NCBI GenBank assembly: GCA_032718475.1
Contig: JAUCBJ010006610.1
Location: 1-64,000 of the forward strand
Source of the DNA: Nemertoderma westbladi
Lineage: Eukaryota > Animalia > Xenacoelomorpha
Length of the DNA: 64,000 nucleotides
Reading direction: 5' to 3'
This document shows, one piece after another, positions 24,821-35,045 of this stretch; position 1 is the first letter of the stretch, and every line of letters begins with the position of its first letter. The notes under the pieces are model-generated. The model was given only the letters and a program-made list of their open reading frames with translations. It made no database searches and was not told the DNA's origin. The position numbers were made by a program, and so were the translations under genes.

Positions 24821-25365
24821 TTAGTTAGGTTAAAATCTAAAGCGAACAGTGGGTAATTAAATAATGTACTGTAGGGATTTATATTGTCGTATATTATTGT
24901 GAATATTTGGTGTATATTGGTGTGGGGAAGCCCAACTTATTCTCAATCAAGATTCAACTGTAGGAAAGTTACATTAAAAGATTATATCCAACCAATGCAA
25001 CATTTTCTCAACCGCAATCTTGCATTTAAGAAAGTACTCCTCCACTCCCAATATCCAGTGACTGGCCGGAATTCCGTGGTTTAAAAGTTCCGCCTCCAGC
25101 ATCAGCGTTTTCCCCCATGGTGTCGGGAATAACGGCAACAAAATTGAGAATAAGACGCGGCCAACTTCAACTGGTGGAAGTTGGGAATTCTACAGTACTC
25201 TTTAACTTTAAACTCTCTCCGTGCTTACCCAGCACCCACTACGAGGAAACTCTGGTATTTGATTTAATCATTTTAATCGATTTAATCCGTGGTTCAATCA
25301 ATCTACAAACTCGAACTAAAAAACTCGTAGTCGGCAGATCATAAATAGAGAGTCGTTAACAGGGA

Positions 25366-25557
25366 ATGGAAGTATCGATCACACCTATTGATATAATCCA
25401 AGTTGAGCCAGGAATCTGGCACATCAAAGTCGAAGTACAAGGAACGAACGTTGGACGATTCAGGATTACCGTTCGGGTAGTCCAGGCTGAATACGAGACC
25501 TACGAAGAACTATTTTACGATATCACATATCTAGCGATCAACGAGGCGCTAGAATGA
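25366..25557 (+). CDS. Small upstream ORF (63 aa) overlapping the gag start (ATGA)
   Basis: ATG start with a globular-looking sequence. Its TGA overlaps the gag ATG. The second copy is frameshifted. Confidence 0.35.
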   Translation: MEVSITPIDIIQVEPGIWHIKVEVQGTNVGRFRITVRVVQAEYETYEELFYDITYLAINEALE

Positions 25558-27240
25558 CGACGAATAACGTCTCCGATACTGATGAAATGGACCCCCACAC
25601 AGACTCGGAAACCGACGAGGTACCAAATGTGAAGAACATGGCTCATCGACTGGGAGCTCTCAAAGGCGGAGTGACTCGAGCATACCACCGCATCGAGAAA
25701 CAACTAAAGGGAGCCGAGAACCCCCTCAGCGATATACAGACTCAATTACAGAATATCCGAAGTACCCTACAACGATATGAAGGGATGATACAGGCATATC
25801 AGGAACTCATTCCCGCAACCGATCTGGGAAACTACCCCAGACTGGAAGAACACGTCGCACATCTGGACGAGTTCCGCAAGCAACATCGGAGGACCCTCAG
25901 CCTCGTAAGAGGCTACGAGGAACAGTATTATAAACGAACTGAAAGGGCGGACGCAGAATCGGTACGGACCTGCGGAACCAGGACCGTGGTTCAGCGAAAA
26001 AAACTGGGTCCTCGAGGCACCAGCACTCCAGCGCTAGGATCGAGATATCTGGTTCAGCGCGCAGTTCTCAAGGGGGTCAACCACTCCGAGATCAGCTACG
26101 AGAACAGAGGGCACTGGCCCTTAAAGCTCGAATGGAAGACGAATATGTCCAACTACAGATTGAACAGGATGTATTAGCTGAGGAGAGACATAAACAGGAG
26201 GCCGAAATGCAGGCCGAGATACGGAAACAAGAGGCCGAACGACAAAAACAAGAGGCCGAAATGCGTAAAGTAGAGGCCGAACAACAGGCTGAGACACAGA
26301 AACAAGAGGCCGAACGACAAAAACAAGAGGCCGAAATGCGGAAAGTAGAGGCCGACCAACAGGCCGAGACACGGAAACAAGAGGCTGAACGACAAAAACA
26401 AGAGGCCGAAATGCGTAAAGTAGAGGTCGACCAACAGGCCGAGACACGGAAACAAGAGGCCAAAATGCGTAAACGAAGTGCCGAGGCCCAAGCGTTTCTT
26501 GTTCACAAAAAGAAAGCGGACATTGCTAAACTCGCAGACCACGAGGCCGCACTCATAGAACGGGACCTCCAACTATACGAGGACTGGGAAAGGGGTATAG
26601 AACAGGACTATGAACCAATCCCAGTCCCGGAATTAGAAAAGTCATTCACGCCACCGACCACGAAACCTCCGAAACCTGAGTTCCCGCCAACCATACAGTC
26701 TACGTTATCGGCACAAGCCCCGTATTCCATCCCCCACTGGTTACGCTTAAGAATGAGGAACCTTATTTCCCATCCAATCCCACGGCACCGAGTGTTCCCC
26801 AGTACGAGCCTGAAAAGGACTCGGAACGGGATGCCACCCCTCGATCCAATAATCCGTTCACATCCACACTGAAAATCTGTAACCGCGTCATCATTAAAAC
26901 CCCACCTCTCATCGATCCATCGTATATGGGAGAGAGTGTCAGTAATTATAATCCTCCTAGTCATTCCAGTTCAGACGACGTCGGCATCATCCGAACCTTG
27001 GAACACCGCCTGGCTATGCCCAAGATGGAGATCCGCACCTTCGAGGGAGACCCCGTCGATTACCTCGGATTTAAGATACGGTTCTTCGCTCAGATCGGGT
27101 CAACGGATATAACCGACGCACAAAAACTGGTATATTTATCCCAATACCTGGGTGACAAACCACGTCGAATCATTAAATGTTTCGAAGGAGGATCTCACGA
27201 AGCGTACCACGACGCATGGAAAACTCTAGATAAAAGATAA
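25554..27240 (+). pseudogene. BEL/Pao gag (frameshifted, truncated)
   Basis: The N-terminal helical region and coiled-coil repeats are followed by the BEL gag (DUF1759-like) motif MPKMEIRTFEGDPVDYLGF..QKLVYLSQYL..YHDAWKTLDKR. Confidence 0.85.
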
Positions 27241-27247
27241 GGAACTT

Positions 27248-29782
27248 ATGGAAAAGTTCCCAGAGGAAATCAGACTAGACGACAATAAAATGTATTCCGA
27301 GGGTGTGGATCACCGTGTACTCGGTATCGAATGGGACATAGAATTGGATGAGTTCATCTTCAAATATAACCCCCTACCCAAGCCCATGACAAAAAGGGGA
27401 TGTTTGTCTATAAAGAGTGCTATATTTGATCCACTAAACTTCATATCTCCAGTAACATTGGCTGGAATTAATTTGATCAAAGAGATGTGGATAGAAGGAC
27501 TGGGATGGGACGAAGAACTACCCCCATACCTCAGTTCCAAATTGAGAAAGTGGATGGAACAACTCGAACATCTACATCTTATGCGGATCCCTCGACCGTT
27601 CTTCCTCGATAAACTACCCACCGATATATTCCAGCTCCATACTTTCTCGGATGCATCGAATACCTGAATCGGCGTAGTTACCTTCTTAAGAAGATTAAGT
27701 CAGGATGGAAACGGCGATACAAGCTTCTTATTCTCTAAGGCTAAGATGGTATCCGGGGAATTCGTAGCAATGATACCGAGACTCGAGCTACAGGCCGCAG
27801 TTTGGGCAGTGAGACAGAACCGCATGATCATGCGGAAATTAAGAATCCCCATCGAATCGCAGCATTTCTGGGTTGATTCGAGTATCGTACTCTACTACCT
27901 CTACTCACCATCACGGCGACACACCACGTTCGTAGCGAACCGAGCCACGGAAATAAAACAGTGCACCGGCCGAGAACAGTGGCACCATGTAAACGGGAAA
28001 GAAAATCCAGCGGACTTATAGAGCAGAGGCGCCACCCCACGACAGCTTGGTAAGAGTAAACTTTGGCTCACAGGCCCAGAATTCCTACAGCAGCCACAAT
28101 TAACCTGGAGTACCCGATTCGATCCTGAACTAGATAGCGGAAAATACTCCGAAGACGACAAGGAGATCCGTAAAGTCCATAGAAGCGCCACTGTGGAGAT
28201 CTATAGTTGCCTGACCGAACATGCAAAGGACTCGGGCAGGCACTATAACATCGCGACTATCACGCAACCAGCGGCGTCTTTACAACTATTGATAGAGCGA
28301 ACCTCCTCAATGAGACGTCTCATCCACCATGTCATAACTCTTTGCAACTTCCTACGGTGGAAGGATAACAAACCGATAGTTCGACGAAGTATACAAGAAC
28401 TCATTATTGCGGAGGAATGTATTGTTAGATATGTCCAGAATGAAAGTTTCCCCGATGAGTGGGAACAGCTCAGTGCGGGCAAGACCTTGAAAAGGGGGAT
28501 GATGGGGGAAGATGGACTGATTCGACTAAATACCCGGATGGCAAACGCCCCGGTCGAATACAAAGTCAAATACCCAGAGCTTCTGCCCGGAACGTCAACA
28601 CTAGCCAAGCTATTAATCCAACAGTGTCACGAGGAAAACCATCACGCGGGCCAGAATTGGATTATGGTTAACATCCGGCAGATATATTGGATCTCCCACA
28701 TCCAGCCACTGATCCGGAAAGTATTAAAGCGTTGTTTCCCTTGCAGAAGATACCTAGCGCCACCGCTCACACAAAGAATGGCTGACCTACTGGCTACACG
28801 ACTGCAGTCCGACTCACCGCCGTTCTACATAACTGGAGTAGACTGTTTCGGACCATTTACAGTCATCGAGCGATGATCCAACATCAAATGCTGGGGAGCC
28901 ATCTTTACATGTCTTTGGTCTAGGGCGATTTACCTAGACCTCGTAGTAAACCTTACGCAACACGCATTTATCAATGCCCTGCGTCGGTTCGTGGCAAACA
29001 ATGGAACATGTCGTCATATGTACTCCGATAATGGTACAAACTTCGTGGGGGGAGAAAGAGAACTTAGAGAGGCGATCGAGGGATGGTTCACCGAAGACAC
29101 CGCATCCCAAGTCTGGAGGGAACACCATATACAGTGGCACTTCCAAACACCCTTAGCACCCCATACGAGCGGAGTGTGGGAGAAGCTCATCGACTTGGTA
29201 AAACGATCCATGCGCGTCGCATTAGGAGACACCCGGGTAACCCACGACACCCTCCGCACAACGTTCTGCGAGATCACGGCTACCCTAAACAACTGGCCCA
29301 TCGTACCTATCCGCGATGACCCCACAGATCTGGAGCCTCTCACTCCTAACCATCTACTCGGAAGACCCAAAACCCACATTCTTCCAGAGACGATGTTTCC
29401 GGATCCCAACGATATCGCGAGACATACCAATTGGAAGAAGGCCCAAGCGTTGGCAGCGCATTGGTGGAGAATCTGGCCCCAAGAGTACCTCATAACCCTC
29501 CGGACCAGGAGGAAGTGGAATAACACCTACAGGAACGTTGCAGTTGGCGACATGGTGCTAGTTAAGGAAGACCTTAAAGACCGCGTCCACTGGCCTGTGG
29601 CGCGAGTCGTGGCAATAACCCTAAGTAAAGACGGACTTGCGAGGACTGTGACGATACGAAAGGCAAAGGGCTACTACCAACGCCCTATCCAGAGGCTGTG
29701 CCTTCTTGAAGGCAATGACAGCGGTGACTCTACGAGAGGTGATAAGTTCCCTACTCCGGATCCTGCTGTTGGACATTGGTGA
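27248..29782 (+). pseudogene. BEL/Pao pol C-terminal half: RNase H/peptidase A17 region and integrase
   Basis: VLGIEWD, TKRGCLS..FDPLNFISP, LHTFSDAS, IPRLELQAA, FWVDS, NPAD, HHCC zinc finger, TGVDCFGP, YSDNGTNFVG, GVWE, LTPNHLL, GDMVLV..WPVARV. In-frame stops at about 27665, 28019 and 28874. Confidence 0.93.
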
Positions 29783-31065
29783 CAATGCTAAACCCGTTTA
29801 AACCCTTCTCATCCTGTTGATAAACTCTTTTAAAATGTGATTTACTGACAATGAATAATGGACCCCCCTTAAACCAACTGTAACCACGCAATGGTATTTG
29901 TGTTTCCTCGTGTGTTATGTGGAGTCCAGCGTCACCCTGCAGATGTTTCGACTGACGCAGGGTCGTTTATGTATTGTTTACCCTGATTTTGGTCATTGGG
30001 ACCAACTGTATTGGATTATTGGAAATGGTAAAGATTTGAAGTGGAATTCATTGTATCCATTGTTTTGTATTGTGTTGTCCATTGCGTGCGCAGTTCGAGG
30101 CGTAGGCCGTGTAACTAGTCCAGCTGTAGATCCTGAATTGCCGCGCAACACCCCCTCTATCCCGTTATTCTGGTGGGTCCATGGTGCATCCACATGACTT
30201 CGTCGATAGAGGTTTTATGTTTCTCAGTCGCGTTATTCTGGTGGGACCGTTGCCTGGATTTTGGGGCGTAGGCGGTGTAACTAGTCCAGCTGTAGATCCC
30301 AGAATGTTGCGTAACCCCATCTCACATGACTTCGTCGGCTGAGCTTTATGTTGTTGGGAGTGTTATTCTGGTGGGTCCCTGGTGCATTCCACGTGACTTC
30401 ACTCCCAGCGTCTTCATTGTCCGTTACGTGTGCAGTTTGGGGCGTAGGCGGTATAACTAGCCCAGCTGTAGATCCCAGATTGCCGCGTAACACCCCTTCC
30501 ACAACGAAAATTTCCCAAAGAAGATGATTGAATGTAGTTGGAAATGATGAAAAGAAACAGATGACCCTACTATAAACTGAATGATGACACGTATGATGAT
30601 GAAAATGTAATGATGCGCACCCTGGTGCTGCGCTTATAACAAATGATGATAGCCGGGGGGCTATAACCCCAATGATGAAATGGAAATAAATGAAATGTGT
30701 AATAAATGGTGTAATAAATGATGAAATGTGGAAATAAATGATGAAATGTGATGAAATAATGAAATGTGAAATGAGTAATAAATGAGAAATGAAAAAAGAC
30801 AAAAAAAATGTAAAAAATGTAGAAAGGAAAAGAATTGAAAAAAGAAGAGGACATAAAAAGTCAAAAACTGGTTGGATATTAATGTATAGCTATAGTAACT
30901 GTAAATACTGAATGTAGTAGCAATAAGATTGTAGATGCCTATATAGCAATAATAATTAATAAACTGAATTACAAATAAACTGAATTATTCTGCAGTCACT
31001 ATAGAATTAAACTTTCTGGATTTATAATTAACTGATGTAAATTTGCAACGGACATAATTGAAAAT

Positions 31066-33666
31066 ATGGACCCAAATTGCCAAATTCTCGGCGAACTACG
31101 TAATACACTAGATTTACTAGAATATCCACAGCCTGGATCTCCTAACTTCGATGCGGAATGGAACGCCCTGATAAATGAGAATGTGCGAATCATTAAATTC
31201 TCCGGGCGAGAGGGACCGGATTCCCGTAATCTACGAGAGCTCCGGTTGTCCGATGCTAGTACGAGACTGAAAAGAACTCGGAACGCAAAGGCAACCAGAG
31301 GAGAGGAGTTGTCGTTCTGGGATACGTTCCGGCAAAGCGTCTACAAATCCCGATGTTTCATATACGACAACGAGGGAAACGCGACGCCCACCTCGAAAGC
31401 GATTACGTTGGCGCGATGCCAAAGTTTCGTCGACGACAAGAGTACGTACCTCACCCACTGGGGAAACCTAGCGGAGTGTACAGCGACGCTGCGAGAGGAA
31501 CGTATATCAGTTATCCAGAATCGCGACGACTACCAGGAGAAGTATGGGACGAATGAATACGGTCGATCATTGGTCATCGTCCTCGGAACCTTGGATGGTC
31601 TGGTGTTGATATATCGAATATTCCCAACACCCAAACAGGAGGTGCGGACAGCCGGATCGATCTGGCTATTACCACCGGAGATCCAACAGATCCTATTTGA
31701 TTTTGATGTCATTAAAATCGGGTTGGTTATAAAGGCGGACGTCCGAAACGACTACGCTAATGCCCCTTTCGGAAGAAACCGTCGAGAAGATCTCAACGCC
31801 ATGAGTCATTGCGTCGATACCCAAACACTGTTAGCCTGGTTACGATCCACTGAATTCATGCGTGGACTCCGGGAGGTGAGACGGACAAAATCCGGTATCA
31901 GCTACCTCGCGGTGCTAAACGGCGGTATAGACTTTAAACCTCAGAAATTCCAGGATTATAATAAGATACATGGTGGGTACCCAGAATTAGAGATAAAGAG
32001 TGAGCGAGAGAGTCATTGGAAGGACGTAGAAAGAAAGTGGACAATCCACCACAAGTGGGAGAATCCGGATCGACGGAACTATATCTACGTCGTTATGGAA
32101 TCATACACAGTTGCCAAGTTCGTCTGTAAGACTCTCGATAATCTCATTAAGGCGGTTCCTAGATCCTTTATCGACTATGAGTGGAACGAAGTTATCGACC
32201 ACGCGTTCAAAGCGGTAGAGAATATTCCACCGGGAGAGACGAAAACGCTCCACGTCATCGCATCCTGGGACGAGAATGGACCGTTCGACATTCCTACGAT
32301 TGCTGATTTCCTCGGTGCAGAGGAACCACTGATATCTTCGGATGGGGAGGAATTATGGCTACAGGAAGGTGTCCTACTGTCCACACCAAAGCGACAACTC
32401 GATCCGGAAGTTGCGTACGAACCGGCCGCCAAACGGGTCACCTCGGCCGAACCTGCGATGGAAGTAGGTGTATCCACCCCACTTGGCTCCTGTAGTCCCG
32501 CTAGGGAGCTAGTAACTACCTTCGCGCTGAATGACTTCGGCGACATATGCCAGAGGTTGTCTCCATATCTGTTCCCGGGGGGAGAAGACTGGTCTTCGGA
32601 GATCCCGAGTACCAGCACCCAACAGACCCGCTCAGCGATACAGGTTGCAAAGGGTCCCAGCGTTGCTCCGACTCCCGTAGATCTCCTCGGAATTCCTCCG
32701 GCGAACGCCCCGGCACCTCTTCGCCGACCAGCTGTGGCAACGGCCCCTTCCGTTCCACAAGACCCTATGCGACTGACCCGATGGTACGCCAAACAGACCG
32801 AGTGGATCCACCACCAGAAACGGGCGCCCGGGATGCGACCGGCAGGCTATAAAGAAGGTTATCGAAATAAGAATATACTACGCCAAAGCCCAGCATTCTG
32901 CGGGCTACCAGCCACGGCGAGTATCCCCAAAAGCGACCAGCGACTGGAGTATTACGCCGGCGTCCCGATTCCGATATTCTTCGGCTGGGAGATGCAACTG
33001 GAGGTGTGCGGAAACTGCGGTTCGGAGCAGTGTCCACGCGGAAGGAGAAATCGGGTTACCGATTCGTGCCTCCAGCTCCTTGGGATACTCTACTGTCCCT
33101 ATTGCGCGACATCGGGCCACGATGTCTCGGTTTGTCCTATCCTTTACAACCTCTGCACAGATTGCGGCTTCCTTGGACATTCCGCAAGCCCCCGTTGTAA
33201 CATAAAGTGTCCTACGAAGGATGTAACCGCTATTGGAAATATGGTTATGTTTGAAACCTACGCCAATAACCACATAAAGACCAAAGTGCGGAGAAGCGCT
33301 CGAAATATCCCGCAAGAGATGGCGTGCGGGTACTTCTCGTTCCCAGAATGCCTCCATACGACAGCGACGCTACCATTCCATTACGTGGATCTATTATTAA
33401 GCGCTGGATTATTCGGCCCCTTCGAGATCCTTAGGCGTTTATATTCATATAAGGAAGAATTCGGTGACGGAAAGTGGTTCCTAGAGGCACGCACCACCGA
33501 GTTAGAGAGACGGACGGATATGATCCCGCTACCATCTAAGGGAAGAGCCGCCAGGAGACAAGCTGAAGCGATGCTCACGATGGACGTTGATGCTCCCCTA
33601 CCAGCACTGGCGATCGACGAGAGTAGACGGGCGAAGAGGAGAAAGGCGTATCTGAGTAAGAAATAG
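31066..33666 (+). CDS. Retrotransposon accessory protein: DnaQ-like 3'-5' exonuclease domain, CCHC zinc knuckles, basic C-terminus
   Basis: Uninterrupted 866-aa ORF. ExoI-like FIYDNE (D101/E103); WRN-like LPPEIQQILFDFDVIKIG..AD (D225); VDTQ; SGISYLA; ExoIII-like W..YVVME (Y341/E345). Zinc knuckles CPYCATSGHDVSVC and CTDCGFLGHSASPRC. C-terminal RRAKRRK. Confidence 0.8.
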   Translation: MDPNCQILGELRNTLDLLEYPQPGSPNFDAEWNALINENVRIIKFSGREGPDSRNLRELRLSDASTRLKRTRNAKATRGEELSFWDTFRQSVYKSRCFIYDNEGNATPTSKAITLARCQSFVDDKSTYLTHWGNLAECTATLREERISVIQNRDDYQEKYGTNEYGRSLVIVLGTLDGLVLIYRIFPTPKQEVRTAGSIWLLPPEIQQILFDFDVIKIGLVIKADVRNDYANAPFGRNRREDLNAMSHCVDTQTLLAWLRSTEFMRGLREVRRTKSGISYLAVLNGGIDFKPQKFQDYNKIHGGYPELEIKSERESHWKDVERKWTIHHKWENPDRRNYIYVVMESYTVAKFVCKTLDNLIKAVPRSFIDYEWNEVIDHAFKAVENIPPGETKTLHVIASWDENGPFDIPTIADFLGAEEPLISSDGEELWLQEGVLLSTPKRQLDPEVAYEPAAKRVTSAEPAMEVGVSTPLGSCSPARELVTTFALNDFGDICQRLSPYLFPGGEDWSSEIPSTSTQQTRSAIQVAKGPSVAPTPVDLLGIPPANAPAPLRRPAVATAPSVPQDPMRLTRWYAKQTEWIHHQKRAPGMRPAGYKEGYRNKNILRQSPAFCGLPATASIPKSDQRLEYYAGVPIPIFFGWEMQLEVCGNCGSEQCPRGRRNRVTDSCLQLLGILYCPYCATSGHDVSVCPILYNLCTDCGFLGHSASPRCNIKCPTKDVTAIGNMVMFETYANNHIKTKVRRSARNIPQEMACGYFSFPECLHTTATLPFHYVDLLLSAGLFGPFEILRRLYSYKEEFGDGKWFLEARTTELERRTDMIPLPSKGRAARRQAEAMLTMDVDAPLPALAIDESRRAKRRKAYLSKK

Positions 33667-33902
33667 AGGACCAGGATATTCCAGGGACATTTATATCGAA
33701 CATTTATTTTTATATATTTACATAAACTGACTCTAGAAAAAATTAGATGCTCCCCTACCAGCACTGGCGATCGACGAGAGTAGACGGGCGAAGAGGAGAA
33801 AGGCGTATCAGAGTAAGAAATAGAGGACCAGGATATTCCAGGGACATTTATATCGAACATTTATTTTTATATATTTACATAAACTGACTCTAGAAAAAAT
33901 TA
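33589..33902 (+). repeat. Tandem direct duplication of about 157 bp covering the accessory ORF end and 3' UTR
   Basis: GATGCTCCCCTACCAGCACTGGCG...CTCTAGAAAAAATTA occurs twice in succession, nearly identical. Confidence 0.92.
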
Positions 33903-34001
33903 ATCAAGACTATGCAATATTAAAATTTGGGTTTTTTTTATGGGAAATGACCTACGCAAACTCGATCTACCGATAGACCTCACGAAGGTCATTGGGGGGA
34001 C

Positions 34002-35045
34002 TGTTCGCGGTATTTCAACTTTTCCTAATGCGAGTTGAATATTTTTTGGATTTATTTGAAATGAATATTCCAATATCAATACTGGGTGCGGGAACATGGA
34101 ATTTGGGCACATTCAATGGACTGGGGGCGATTTACGGGCGAATATTGGGGCGACTTACGGGGTACGGGACTCATGTCAGATATTTAAGGGCCAGGGGTGG
34201 GAGGCAAAGTTAAGCAGTAATCAGGTTTACCTGAATTACTATTAGGCCTAGCCAACTTCCTGCTGCCTGTAGAGGTGGATTTGGTAACTCGCTAGGCCTA
34301 GGGACAAGGCCCCTAGCGGTCCCTGGCCAACAGCAGTTATTACGAGCCTGAATAAGGACTCGGAAAGTCTGCTGCTTGTATCAGGGATTTGCGACAGGAA
34401 CCGACAGACAGATCCTTAGCAGTCCCTGGTCACCGGCAGTTATTACGAGCCTGAATAAGGACTCAGAAAGCTTGTCGACTACGCCAGGGACTTGCGACGG
34501 GTCGACCGACTAAACGGAGGAAGGGTTCGACGAAGACTGCCTTCCTGGAGTGGGTTCCACGACCGGCGTTAGTATGAGCCTGAATAAGGACTTGGAAAAC
34601 TACCAACAGTTGGGACTCACGACGGGCTGACAGACCCCTAGCCAAGCCGAAGCGACTACGAGCCTGAAAAGGATTCGGAACGCTTAGGTGGTTTGGTCCC
34701 TGTGATGAACCGACGGACTCCTAGCCAAGCCGCACCGCTTTCCTGATGACCGATCCCTTCAGGGTTCGGGAAGGGTGGGACGGACACGCAAACGGGTCCA
34801 CCGACGCGACAGACCCCTAGCCAAGCTGTACCGCTTTCTTGATGACCGATCCCTTCAGGGTTCGGGAAGGGTGGGACGGACACGCAACCGGGTCTACCGA
34901 CTTGACCGACCCTTAGCCAAGCCATACCGCTTTCCTGATGACTGATCCCTTCGGGGTTCGGGAAGGGTGGGACGGACACGCAACAGGGTCGATCGACACC
35001 GACACTACGGTACCGAGACTAGGACCGAGGGAAAATTGGGGAACA
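34002..35045 (+). repeat. Second LTR (shared 3'/5' LTR), about 128 bp shorter
   Basis: Follows the PPT GGGGGGA. Matches 23649-24820 except that about 24297-24424 is missing. Confidence 0.8.

Larger units (their letters stand above)
23649..35045 (+). mobile_element. BEL/Pao LTR retrotransposon, internally deleted, with accessory exonuclease ORF
   Basis: Two near-identical LTRs enclose gag, a partial pol (RNase H region and integrase) and an extra 866-aa ORF. A GGGGGGA polypurine tract precedes the second LTR. Confidence 0.93.

Noticed and set aside
30281-30864. Phe/His/Ile-rich minus-strand ORFs
   Set aside because: They are the antisense reading of the low-complexity (ATGAA)n tract.
31066-33666. 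Envelope (env) gene
   Set aside because: No signal peptide, transmembrane anchor or fusion-protein cysteine pattern. The motifs fit an exonuclease and CCHC knuckles instead.
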